The notes: a model not told the origin generated them from the sequence alone. A stretch of DNA of 64,000 nucleotides from Neocallimastix sp. 'constans' (GCA_050613775.1 JBODTK010000110.1:1-64000); one strand, 5' to 3'; shown: positions 29,592-43,995, counted from the first letter of the stretch. Made by a program: numbers and translations.

Positions 29592-29824
29592 CAAAAAAAG
29601 ACAAATTAAAACTAAATAATAATATTATTTATATTAATATTAATAGATGTTAGAACGTGAAGGAAAGAGAGAAAAAGCATTAGAAAGTGCATTAAGAGAA
29701 AAACGTGTTAAACAACTTAAGAAAGCTGAAGCATTACCAGAACCAAGTGCTGAAACTATAGAAGTAAAATTATAATTTTAATAATATATTCAATATATTC
29801 TAAATATATATACCATAATATAAC

Positions 29825-29859
<35 letters not shown>

Positions 29860-29988
29860 ATAAAATAAATAAATTCTACATTACTAATATATAATTTTTC
29901 AAATTGTTATTATTATTATATTTAATAGGAATTAATTACTCAAGCTCAAAACGAGTTCTATGAAACCATTGAAAATGAACAAAAATAA
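26085..29988 (+). CDS. DNAI2: Axonemal outer-arm dynein intermediate chain 2 (WD40), 10 exons, 553 aa
   Basis: N-terminus [17 protein letters not shown] and GGWPKDVD...[12 protein letters not shown] match DNAI2/IC2. Exons read by hand, all GT-AG and in frame: 26085-26267, 26672-26833, 27201-27325, 27553-27809, 28048-28301, 28528-28653, 28795-28848, 29020-29343, 29647-29763, 29929-29988. Confidence 0.93.
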
Positions 29989-30230
29989 AGAGTAACAATA
30001 ACAAAATGAATACAGCACATTATATATATAAATCATCAATATTATATGTATATATATATATATTATGAATTAATGATTAGATATGTAATATATATATATT
30101 TTAGTTTTATACAACAAAAAATTTTTTATTCAAATTTAATTACTCATCGAAAAATATATAAACTTATTTGTATCAATCAAATACATATAATCAAATATAG
30201 AATTTAATTATTATTTAAATAAATATTATT

Positions 30231-30265
<35 letters not shown>

Positions 30266-30723
30266 TTTTTCTTTTTATATGTAATTTCATTTTCTATAAT
30301 TATCTTTCTCTTTATATATATATATATAAATAAAATAATAAATTATATTATTCAATTTATATATTATAATTGATTATATATTTGTAATCAATAACATTTT
30401 GTTCATTTTTTTTTTTTTTTTATTCAGTATCGTTTAATATTAAAAAATAAGAAATAAAATTTAAAATTTAATATATTTTTGCAATATATATATATATATT
30501 TTTAGTGGACATAAATAATTAAAATTATAATTATATTTTAAAAATATTTTAAATAGTTGAAATAAATAAAAAGAAAGTTTGCTCTCAAATATTTTTCTTT
30601 TTGAAGTATTCCTGCTATTAACTATTTATTTTCTATTTTTATTATTATTAATTTTTTTTTTATTTTATTTTGTAAAATTTCTATTATTTTATTATATTAA
30701 AAAAAATTTTTTTTTTGCCCATT

Positions 30724-30799
<76 letters not shown>

Positions 30800-31028
30800 A
30801 AAAAACTACATAAAATATATTATTATTATAAAAAAATTAAAATCATTTCTTGAATTATTTTTTAAAACAAAATAAGTATAATAATGATAAAATTTAAAAG
30901 ATATCAAATTAACCATGAGAAAAGGTAGAATAAAATATTAGATGAATAAATAATAAATTGTTCTTAGAAAAAAAAAAAAAAAAAAAAAAAAAAATTAAAA
31001 TACAAATAGGTTTAAAATATATTACACT

Positions 31029-31078
31029 CTTCACCTACAGAGTTCGAACCTGCGCTCCCAAAGAGAAATGGCTTAACA
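31029..31078 (-). pseudogene. Degenerate 3' half of a long-variable-arm tRNA (Ser-like)
   Basis: Minus strand gttaagccatttctctttgggagcgcaggttcgaactctgtaggtgaag shows a variable arm, a T-arm GCAGG-TTCGAAC and an acceptor 3' strand. No 5' half is visible. Confidence 0.6.
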
Positions 31079-31084
31079 AAATAC

Positions 31085-31564
31085 CACAGTAGATTGTGAA
31101 ATACTTTTAGATACTTATGCTAGTGTAAATACTATCACAAGATCAGCTTAAAAGAAATTTAAAAATAATCAAACTTACCATTGGAAAAATTGAAGAAACT
31201 ATATTTCAAGCGGATTCAAACTCTTCAATTGAATCGGAAATCTACTAATTGGAAGTTACTATAGGGAAGTTACTATAGGGAACTGTACATTCAAAGATCA
31301 TCTCCGGGTAATTGAGAAAGATGACATTTTCAATATTTTTATTGGTATTGACTCATTTAAAAAAAAAGAATAGATATGATATAAACTTTGTGAGTAATAT
31401 ATTATATATATATATATATATAATGGTTATACTCATCATAAATTAACTGATCTATTCTACGATCTAAATTTTAATAAAGATATAGATTATTTTGATGAAA
31501 CTGACATGAACCCGGAATCCTTATCATTTGCTTTAATAGAAACAAAATGAAAATGCAAAACTTT

Positions 31565-31602
<38 letters not shown>

Positions 31603-32160
31603 AAAAAGAATGAAATTATTAATTCCATTATTGACAAATTAAATACTAAAGATAAAACTAAAGTTAGAAACTTCTTTTTTTACATTTACTCAGATAAACT
31701 TACTTTAAAAACTGATGATCTGAGTAATTTTTAATTATTACTTCACTGGATTGAATTAGTAACAGGTACCAAATCAATAAAAACAACGAACGTATCCGCT
31801 ATTTAAAGCTCAAATAGTAGCTTTAAAAAAAAAATAATAATTAATAAAATTAAAATAAAATTAATAAAATTAATAAATAATAAATTAATAGAACTATCTT
31901 ACTCACCTTGTTTCTCTTATGCTGATCTCGTGCTTAAACAAAATAGAGATTGGAGACTATGCTCTGATTATCGCAAATTAAATAACTTTACCATAAAATA
32001 TTCATATGATCTATCCTTAACAGATGATATCTTAAACCTTCAATTAGAAATGTCAAAATCTTTTCTATAATTGGCATATTCTCTGGTCATCATCAAATTC
32101 CTATGGTAGTTGAAGATAAAGACCAAGCAGTTTTTGCTACTCTATTTGAAAACTTTAATT
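31085..32160 (+). mobile_element. Heavily decayed Ty3/gypsy pol remnant (protease and RT pieces)
   Basis: ILLDTYASVN (aspartic protease-like); VLKQNRDWRLCSDYRKLNNFTIK and SGHHQIPMVVEDKDQAVFAT (gypsy RT). Many stops and frameshifts. Confidence 0.8.
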
Positions 32161-32545
32161 TCTGGGAGAAGGCTATCAATACTAAAAATTATAATTACAA
32201 CCGTATACCCCATAAAGGCTGAAAGTGAATAATATTACTGTTTAAATGAATGTCCATTAAAATGTATGTGGATAAAAAAAAAAATTTTTTTTTTTATTAA
32301 ACGAATTAATTATAAATTTAAAATGTATGAAACATAAATGTTGATATTATAGCTGCTACATAATAATAACAAAAAAATGAAAGTATTAATCCAAAATCAA
32401 GATATAGAGCTTTAAGATATCATAAGATAAGAGAATAAATCAAAGAAGGGAAAATTGAATTAAGTTATGTAAAATCACAAAATAATTTAGCTGATATTTT
32501 AATTAAATATTTCAATGGAACTATTTATAAAGAAATACTATATTA
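32161..32545 (+). mobile_element. Ty1/copia remnant (integrase end and RNase H pieces)
   Basis: WEKAINTKNYNYNRIPHKG, then INPKSRYIELRYHKIRE*IKEGKIELSYVKSQNNLADILIK, the typical copia RNase H ending. Confidence 0.75.
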
Positions 32546-32693
32546 ATCAGAATTCAAGAATATTAAACGTACGGTGAATGTAAGTAAGAAATAATAAGTT
32601 TAATATAATTAATATTTATACTTTAAATATTAAATAAACAAACAAATAAATAAATAATAAAATAATTATAAAATAAATATAATTAAATATAAT

Positions 32694-32771
<78 letters not shown>

Positions 32772-33199
32772 TGTAAATAGTGGCATATATTAAAATATAA
32801 TAAATATCATAAGGATTAAATGTGAAATTATTATAGATAAAGAAGTGTATTTCCAAAAAATAGATTAAACTTATTTTTAAAACTTAAAATTATAAAAGCA
32901 TGTAAAAGAATTATATTATAATCCTTTGTAGGATTATTAAATTAGAATATTTATAAATAAATAGATAAATAAATTTATAAATAAGAATAAGTTAATAAGA
33001 TTAAAATAAATTATTTTAAATAAAAATAAAAATTTTAGAAAACCCTAAATTAAATAATAATATTAATTCTAATATTTATTTATCAAAATATTAAATTTAT
33101 AATTTTTGAAATTTAAATTTTAATTCATTTAACTTATAATTATTCTTTATACTATGTATAATAACATGATCACAATTAAAAATCTAAAATAATAAAACA

Positions 33200-33709
33200 A
33201 AGAAGTAACATCTTTAAAATAGATAGTGTGGTACCCACTAAACTCTCCCCTGAACCACAAAGAAAGATCATCAAAAATTGAATTACTTACTATAGGTTCT
33301 GTGATCGGAACGGTACTGTTAAGTAAATGTGTATTGATGAGAATTAGCAGTACTACTAAACTGCACTATTCCTTTGCCATATCGGTACGACGTTAGCGCT
33401 CTTGGTAATGAAAGTGTTTTTTTTGGTAAACCTCTCAAAAAGTAACTCAAAAAAGCTACTGATGATTGGTATTGTATTAGCAAGATATTCCTCAAGCCCC
33501 TACAATATACGGAACTGAAGATCCCTGTGAACATTTTAGGAGTTGTTCACTTAAATGTCTCTGTTACCCAGTGTCCAATTGTAGCTCATCTAAAGCTGAA
33601 ATTCCACAAAGAAGGAATATATAAATATACCAGTTTATGAAATTTTCATATTTTAAAATATTAGAATATGAAGGAAAGTAAGGAATTACAATAATAGTAT
33701 TATATTTAT

Positions 33710-33749
<40 letters not shown>

Positions 33750-34764
33750 CTTAGAAAAAACTTTATTTAATTTATAATAATAATAAAACTACATGATTTT
33801 AAAGAAAAAAAAAATAATAAAATACATGAAATAAAATATTATATATTATAAAATTATAAGCAATAGCCTCTAACTTTTTCCCATTCATCGATGATAACAC
33901 CACGTCCGTTATTGCGAGTAATAATTTTAGTATTAGTGTTATCTAACGAATCTGTATTAGTTTTTTTCACCTGGGAGGTGAAAATCCATGCTTTATCATT
34001 TCGACGTCGACACTCTTGGCAACGGTAGATTCAACGGAATACCATTTCATCAGCAATCTAATAGATCGACAAATTAATGGTATTACGTTTGTTAAAAAAC
34101 TCCGCAATCCCCACAAAATACGGAACAATCGACGAAGTTGAACTTCGCTTAAAAATATTATCAACTAATTATCTTTGTTATATTTATAATTAGCTCTTAA
34201 CCTTAAGATCCTGTATTATCATTATGCCTTATCAGTACGACGTCGACGCTCTTGGTTAAGTTTGGTAATTAGGAATACCTATCAAATAATAGCTCGAACT
34301 ACTTAACAGTGTTTACTTAACTATTTGATATTGGACAATATTTAGAAATTATACAATAATTTATGATAAAGAACTTCAATAATCCTTAAAATATTTCATT
34401 CGAAATTCAAGGAAAAGATAGCATTTAGAAAATCAAAAGAAAAATCATCAAAAAAAAAATATTTAAAAAATAAAAAAATACATGTAATAAAAAGAAAAAA
34501 AAAAAAAAAAAGATAAAAAAATAAACAAAACAAAAAAAAACAAAAAATAAAAATAAAATAAAATAATTGTAAAATAAATTCTAGTTTCATTTAATTAATA
34601 TCTGTAAGACTTCATAATACAAGGGCTTTATTATACTGAAGTATAATAATTAATTTTGACTTCGCATTGCTAATCATAATTTTAAGATACAAAATTATGA
34701 TCTTCATTGGTTGCGCTAGCCCTGCTGGCCTGTCTTACTGTTTCTTCAGCATTGACGCTCTTGG
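33200..34764 (-). mobile_element. Head-to-tail composite of four different non-LTR 3'-end fragments
   Basis: Each piece carries the CCAAGAG-hairpin motif (34731-34764, 34225-34255, 33989-34019, 33375-33405). The piece at about 33713-34180 matches about 11975-12429 including the poly(A); the piece at about 34580-34764 matches 12757-12940. Left boundary approximate. Confidence 0.8.
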
Positions 34765-35053
34765 ATATATATATATATATATTTTAAAAAAAATTTTTTT
34801 AAAAAAATAGACATTTTATATTATATATATATATATATATTAATTATATACTTTTTTTTTTTTTTTTTTTTTATAATAAAAAATATTTTATTATTTTTAT
34901 TTTATTTTATTTTTTTTTTAATTTTTATTTTTATATACATTAATAATAGAAAGTGGTTTTAAAATAATTTTTAAAATTAAAACAAAAATATTAATAAATG
35001 AATTGCTTTATTTTTTTAATTTTTTTTTTTTTTTTTTTTGCCTTTTTTGTAAC

Positions 35054-35084
<31 letters not shown>

Positions 35085-35409
35085 TTTTTTTTTATTTTTT
35101 ATTTTTTTCCTTTTTTTTTTTTTCTATTTTGCTGGCTAATTTTTTTTTTATGATGGTAATATGTTTTATATATATATTGATTATATTATATATATAATAG
35201 TTATGTAAAATTAAAGAAAAAATTATAATAGTATAATAATTATATGTATAATAAAAGAATACTTTATATAAATTAAAAGAAATTTTTAAATTATCTAAAA
35301 AAATATAAAAGTAAATTTTATTAGTAAAATTATTTTGATTTCCTTTTATTATGTTTCTTAAAAAAAAAAAATTTAAAAAGTATATCATTCTAAATTTTTC
35401 ATTCTAAAT

Positions 35410-37211
35410 TTAAGCAGATTCAGATATTTGTTTTTGGCTTGAAATGTTAACTTCAGCACCAACTTGGATTTGTGGGTATTGTTTCTTTGAAATTTTTGAT
35501 TTTTGTCTGAGGTATTCTTTCTTACTTTCACGAACAGTATCAAGATATTCTTCAAATAAGTATTCAGTATCTTGTGGTCCGGCTTTAGCTTCTGGATGAT
35601 ATTGAACAGAGGCGAATGGTAAAGTCTTGTGACGGATACCTTCATTTGAACCATCATTAGCATTAACGAAATACTTTTCCCAACCTTCTACCATATCTTT
35701 TTCACCATCTTTAATAGCAAAACCATGATTTTGTGAAGTAATAACACATTTGTTAGTTATTAAGTTAATAGCTGGTTGGTTGTGACCTCTGTTACCATAT
35801 GGGAGTTTATAGGTTTCAAATCCGGCAGCTGCACCTAATAAAAGGTTACCCATACAAATACCAAAGATTGGAGTTGGAACTGGTTTTGAAGATTCGCGAA
35901 TTAAAAGCTTTCTAAGGTTCATAATAGTTTCTTCACAATAACTTGGATTTCCTGGTCCGTTGGAAATAAAGATACCATCATAATGAGTGGAATCCTTAGT
36001 AACATCATGATTCCAAGGAACTAGATGTACTTCAGCTCCACGTTTAGCTAAACATCTAATAATATTTTGCTTTGCACCACAATCTATTCATTAATATAAT
36101 TATATATTAAAAATTTTAAAAATTTTCAATAATTAAAAAAATTTGATGGTTAATATTTTCAATTTTTAATTGAAAAAAAAAAAAAAAAGATACAAAAAAA
36201 AAAATACTTAATAAAATAAAAACTTTTATATAAAAAAAAAATTATTATTTATTACTATTTATTACTATTTATTTTTATGTATTACTATACTATCACTACA
36301 TACAACATTAAATATATTTTATAATTTTCATTTATTTAAAAAAAAATAATTGATTATATATTCCATTTTTAAACTTTTATTAATAAAAATAAAATTTTTT
36401 TTTTACCAATTAATGCAATTTTAACATCTCCTCCTTTGTTGTAAATCTTCTTAGATTTAACAGAAACTTCTGCGACTAAGTTTCTTTTGTTTGGATCTTC
36501 TAATTCTTTTGCTGGTTTGGCGTCTCCTATGATTATCTCTCCTAAAGTTGAACCTTGCTCTCTTAACAAGGTAACAACTGCTCTTGTATCTACTCCACTT
36601 AATGCTGGAACATTATTTCTAGCACACCATTCACCTAAACTTTCAACTGCATTCCAATGAGAATACTTCTTTGCATAATCAGTAACAATAATACCCTTTA
36701 CATGAATTTTTTCACTTTCAAAATGTTTGAATAAACCGAATTCATCCTTATCCATAGCTGGTACTCCATAGTTTCCAATTAAAGGTTGAGTGAAAACAAG
36801 AATTTGTCCTCTATAAGATGGATCACTCATAGATTCTGGGTAACCTACTAAGGAAGTAGTAAATACAACTTCACCAGAAACACTTTCCTTTAATGGAGCA
36901 CCGAAAGAAACGGCCTTAAAGGTTTGACCTGTCTTAAGTCTAAAAGTAGCTGGTAATTCTGGTGGTTGAACATGATTTCTAAAAATTGTTGGTTTTTCAT
37001 TCTTTGGTATTTGACTACCCATTGCATTTTTAGTAGATGGTTTAAATGAAATTGGATCAAGTGTTACTGTAGCAAATGGTCTACTAGAAACAGTTTTAGC
37101 ATTTTCATGGTTCAAACTTTTTGGTAATTGACTAATAAATCTTCTGCAAATGTTAGTAGATGCGTTCTTTAATTGAACAGTTGACTTTAAAAGTTGAGCT
37201 GATTGAATCAT
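35410..37211 (-). CDS. CPA1: Carbamoyl-phosphate synthase small (glutaminase) subunit, arginine-specific, 2 exons, 492 aa, with a putative organellar presequence
   Basis: [52 protein letters not shown], catalytic GICMG and QYHPE. Exons 37211-36407 and 36083-35410 with a GT-AG intron. Confidence 0.95.
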
Positions 37212-37470
37212 TTTTGGTTTCTTTTTTTTAAACTTTTTTCTATGTAAAAAAGAGATTGAATAAAATTAAAATATTTTTTTTTTATAAAAATTATAGCTTG
37301 TTTTTATTTATTGTTATTTAAAATTTCTAATATTAAAAATATATTTTTTTTAATATTATTATTATTTAAGAGTTATTATATTTTTAAAGAATTAATCAAA
37401 AATCGATAAAGTATTTAGTTATGTTCTTTCCGTATTAAACTTTGAATTAAACAGTTATTTAAAAAAAAGT

Positions 37471-37557
37471 TTAAAAATCAGATAATGATTTCCAGAGTTG
37501 AACGCAGAGATAATCACAGGAAACGACAGTAAATGCGTGAATATATGTGAATAACAT
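37471..37557 (-). CDS. Upstream ORF encoding an arginine attenuator peptide-like peptide, MLFTYIHAFTVVSCDYLCVQLWKSLSDF (28 aa)
   Basis: ATG at 37557 and TAA at 37471, on the same strand and about 260 nt upstream of the CPA1 ATG. D-Y-L-x-x-x-L-W-K spacing equals N. crassa DYLSDHLWR and S. cerevisiae DYISDHIWK. Local GC island. Confidence 0.8.
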   Translation of the reverse strand: MLFTYIHAFTVVSCDYLCVQLWKSLSDF

Positions 37558-38024
37558 ATGTTACACTATTTTAAAATTTTAATTATAATATTTTTTTTAA
37601 AAAAAAATGTTTTTTTTTTTTAAAAAAAATTAATCTTTTATTTTATCCCAGTATTGAATTATTTTTTCAGGGTTAAGTAAGTAAAAAAAGGAATTTAACT
37701 GAAAATTTCTTTTAATATATTACTTAATATATAAAAACGTCAAAATTTATTTTCCGTCTATATTTGCTTTTTCTTTAAAGCTTTGTAAAACTATTAAAAA
37801 TATATAAATCATACATAATAATATATATTAATATATAAAATATTTTATTAAAGTTAAATATTATTTCTTTGATGAACTTTATATATTTAATATTCCTATT
37901 TTAATTATTTATGAAAGACACTATTTACATAATCCAATCTTTTTTAATTTGAATAAAATTGTAATTTATTTCTATATTCTAGCTTTAAAAGATCAATTTT
38001 ATTCTTTTTTATTCTATTTTATTT

Positions 38025-38055
<31 letters not shown>

Positions 38056-38371
38056 TTTTTTTTTTTAAGTTATTGTTAAGTTATTGTTATTATTATTACT
38101 ATATTTTATTTTATAATTATTGTTCTTATCTATTTATTTTTTTTTTTTAGGTCTTTTCTTTTTTCTATACAAATCAAAATAATAAAATTTTCCTTTCTAA
38201 AAAACTTTTATATTGCTTACTTTTTTTTATTTTTTTTTTTTAGATAAATCGCAGATTTAGGATTTGCTTTTTAAAGTAAATAAAAGATCTCTATTTTATT
38301 TTTTTTTAAAAAAAAAATAGATTTTTTATATATAAAAATCAATAGTAAAAAAAATAGAAAAGGTAAAAAGT

Positions 38372-38406
<35 letters not shown>

Positions 38407-39896
38407 AATAAAAGTGAAAATAAAATTTATTTATATATTTCACAAAAAAAAAATTTTTTTTTATATATATAAATTATATATTATACATTATATATATAAC
38501 AAAAGTTAAAAAATTTTTATATATTTATATTACAATATAATCTTATATATGATACAATATTATATATAATTAAAGTTTTAAAAAGTAAACCAGATTAAAA
38601 AAAAAAATACGTGAAAATAAATATATATATAATATATATATTTATAATAGTTTAACAAAATATATAATAAATATTATTATATTTATTATTATATATTATT
38701 ATCTACTATTCTGCTATATTTCTATGTCATATTTTCATTTTTATTTTATTTTATAGTATTTTATTGTATTTTCTATTTTAAAAATAATTATTATTATTTT
38801 ATCCTATTTCATTTCTTATTTAAATAGATAATGTATATTAATATATGTACAATAAAATTATACTATAAAATCTTTTTTTTTATTATTTAATATATTAAAT
38901 ATATTATAAATATAATCTCCATAATAAAAATTATAATTATTAATATTTATATATTTTCTGTACTCTATAATATATTAAATGTTTTTTTTTTATTTAAATA
39001 GAAATTTTAATTATTATTAAACATAATTTTAATTTTTTTAACTTTAATTGATGATTTTTTTATTAGAACTTGAATTTTATATATTAGACATATATTACAA
39101 TAAATTATACATTATATTTAAAGAGTATTAACAATATAAAGTTATTATGATATAAATATAATGTAATTTATATATTCATTAATATTACTAATATTAATAT
39201 ATGTTTTATATATATTATAGAACAAATATAAAATATATATATTATATATATTAATAATATATAAACATTTTTATTTTCACATTCTAATTAACAAAAAATT
39301 AATTAATACTTTAAATCATTGGACTTTTATATTGAACTATTCCACAATTCTATTCATAATAAATATAGGTCTAATGCTTTTATTTATTTAAATATATTGA
39401 TGTAAAATAAATCCTTTATATAAAATAAATAATAAATAATTAAATAATAAATAATTAAATAATATATAATTAAATAATAAATAATAAATAATTGAATAAT
39501 TAAAAATAAATAATAATAATTAAATAATAAATAATAAATAATAATAAATAATTGAAAATAAATAATATTAAAATAATTAATATAACATAATAAATAATAA
39601 ATAATATATATACTGAATATTAATTGAATCATCGTAGATGTAAAAATAATAATTATTAATTATAATATATATATATTTATATTCTTTTTTTTTTTTAAAA
39701 TGTTGACATTAGCAAAGTAATAAAGTAATCGTTAGTAATACTAATTCATCATCATTTTCTGTTTGTTCAAAAAATAGAGTATTAAATGAATATAATGGTA
39801 TTTATTATTATATTAAAACATTAATAGAATAGGCTAAAAAAAGATATGATATGATAGCTATTATTTAGTATATAATTATTAATTTTTATATTATTA

Positions 39897-40233
<337 letters not shown>

Positions 40234-41050
40234 ATAGATATTAATTCTATAATTTATTGTAACAGAAGTTGATTATAATTACAATTCCCCACGAGAATAT
40301 TTATGTACTACATAAATTGAATAAAAATATTAAATAATTATTCCTTTAAATATTTTTTTTTTTTTTTTTTTTTTTGGAAATAATAATAAAATAATAAATA
40401 ATTATATTATTAAAAATAGACTATTATAGAATTTATAATATTATTTATTTTTTTTTAAATTATAAATATTATTGATTATTATCATTGATCAAAGATTTTA
40501 TTTTATTATTTTACTTTATTTTATTTTATTTATTATTTTTTATTTTATTTATTATTTTTTATTTTATTTTATATTTTTCAATTTGTACTTTTTACATTTA
40601 TATTTCAACTATTTATTTTATTTTTTTATTTTATTTAGTTATTTATATTTTTCAATAAGAAGATATATCATTCGAAAGAATAAATATTATTTGTTCAATT
40701 AGTAATGAATAATAAAAAAAATTAAATTGTTTAATCTTCATTTTCTAATTATTTTAAAAAATTATTAAAAAGAAAACCAATTTTATATATATTCAATCTA
40801 TTTCTTTTTTTTTTTATTTTTATTTTTATTTTTATTTATTTCGTAATTAACCAAAAAAAAAAAAAAGGAAGAAAAAAACAAAACAAGATAAATAAAGTAA
40901 ATAACAAAAGTATTAAAAGTAAATTATAATAAATAATAAATAAATATTATAACTTGTTAATAAATTTAAATTTTATTTAAATAATAATTGTTAATAATAT
41001 TTTATTAATGTCTATTTTATTCTTTTGGTATGTGCATAAAGAAGGCTCTC

Positions 41051-41215
<165 letters not shown>

Positions 41216-41566
41216 AAAAAAATTAAAAAAAAAATAAAAATAATAAAAAATATTTTAATTATTATATATACAATAATATTATTTGATATTTTATAACAAA
41301 ATTTGATTAATATCTAATAAATATTTGAATAAATATTTGTTAAGCATTTTTATTCGTTCATCTTTTTTCTTTTCATTTTATGAAAAATATCATTAAAGTC
41401 GTCATGATTTAACCCCTAAAAAAATGCTGATTTTCATACAATAAATAAATAAATAAATAAATATTCTAAATTAAAAATGAAACTATAAGAATTTGTAAAT
41501 TTTTTTTTTTTTTTATTAATTATTAAATATCCATTAATATCCTTTAGACTGTTTAAACAGATGAAC

Positions 41567-41764
<198 letters not shown>

Positions 41765-42947
41765 TGATGTTATTGTTAGAGTAATATTTTTATTATGATG
41801 ATTAATTGAATTTTTTTTTAAAGTTTCAGTATAAATAATAAAGACTTTATAAATGATCAAATTACAATATATTACTAATGTAGTATATTATATATTAAAA
41901 TATAATATATTACATGATATTAATATTAATATATTATAATATATTTAATAATTCTATAGATTAAAGTTTATTTACTATAAGATAAATAAAAGTAAAAGTT
42001 GGTATTAATGATTATTAAAATTATTTTAATTAGGTGATGTAGATGAAATAAATATATAAAATAATTATTATTATTATATTAATTCAATAAAATTAAATTT
42101 TAATGTTATTATTATTATGAAATGTTATATTATTAACAATCCGTTATAAGTTACAAGTATAATTTATTAAAACAAAAAACAAGAAGATAAAAAAACAAAA
42201 AATAAAACAAAAAATCAAGAAAACAAACAAATAAAAAAAAAAAAAAAAAAGATAATTATTAATACTAAAAATATTTTTATATAAATAAATATATATAAAT
42301 AAATATATAAAGTTTAAAACATTTAACAAATAATTTATTGACCAATTTAATATATATATATAAAATTGAATAAAAAATTAAAAAGTTGCTTCCAAATAGA
42401 GCAATAAAGTATAATCATGACTGTAATAATTAAAGTAGTTATAATTATTTAAATTATAAAATATTCTTTTTCATAAAGAATTTTATATATAATATATATT
42501 ACTTTAGAAAATATTTTTAATATTTTTAATGTTAAAATATTTAATTATTATTAAAATAAAACGATTTATTGGTTTTAATTTTATATAATTTCATAATTTT
42601 TAATTTATAAAAAAAAATAAAATAAAAAATAAAAAATAAAAGATTAAGCAATTAATTAATAAAATTAATCTATTCTATAAAGTATTTAAATATTTTATAA
42701 ATTTATAAAGCTATTAAATTTAATAGCTTTAATAAAATAATGAAAAAAGTTAAAATTTCAAGTAACATTGATAAAGATCTTATATATATAATATATAGAT
42801 CTTATAATGTAATATACCAATAGTCACTTTTGTAATACAAAGATAGCACATATAATTTTATTTTGTCTAATAAAATTTCAATATTTTTACTATTACAAAA
42901 TTTACGATTATAATTACATATTTAGTAATTTAAATTTTTTAAAAATA

Positions 42948-42978
<31 letters not shown>

Positions 42979-43964
42979 TAATCTTTATATATATTCATTG
43001 AAATCTATATTTTTAAAATTATTATATTTAAAAAACTATATATTAACCATGACCATGATCATATTTTAGTAGGTAGAGTTCTCAAAGTATTTTAGAATAA
43101 GGTCCATTTTTATTTTTTTTAAGGACAGATGTTTTTATTATAAAATTAATTTTATAATATTATTATAATTATTGTTTATTATTTTGAATTATATATTAAT
43201 ATTTTTCCAACTTTTTAAAAAATTTTTTTTCATAATTATTTATATTATTATTAATAAAACAAAATAGTCACTTTTTTTTTTTTTCTTGAAGTAGAGATGG
43301 CATTTAATATAAATAGGGTTAACTAATTTACCAGAAGGACAGGTGGTTAATTGGATTATTTCAAAAAAAAAAAAAAAAAAAAAAAAATTATATAATAAAA
43401 TAAAATATCATTTATATAAATAATATTATATATAGTTTATTATATATAGAGACTAGTAAATAATTAAAATAGAAATTAATAAATAATAGTAATAATAAAT
43501 AATAGTAATAATAAATAATAGATAATTAAATAATTGAATAATAAATAATAATATAGTTTTGTTTTATAATATTAATTTTTTTTTTTGACTGTAATACTCA
43601 TGAGATTGGCAAGATTAACATTTTTAAAGAGATCATATGTCAATAGAATAAATTAAAAACTTTTTTTTTTTTAAATTTTTTTGTTAATTTATTTATATTT
43701 TTATTTCTTAAATTATTAATATATATTATTATATTATATTTTTTTGTCTTAAAATTACTAATTATAAAATATTATTAATTACTTATTATAACTTTTTATT
43801 TTTATTTTTATTTTTTTTTTATTTTTTTTAAATAAATATATATATTAAAAATATATATTAAAAATATATATTAAAAATATATATTAATAAATATATATAT
43901 TTATTAATGCTAATTTCTAATTCATGTTCATTTTTTATTATATTTATCTAAATTATATCTATTT

Positions 43965-43995
<31 letters not shown>

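Noticed and set aside
33200..34764. CRISPR-like reading of the recurring about 30-nt motif
   Set aside because: Spacing is irregular (about 240-610 bp), the repeats diverge, intervening DNA is LINE-derived, and there are no cas genes.
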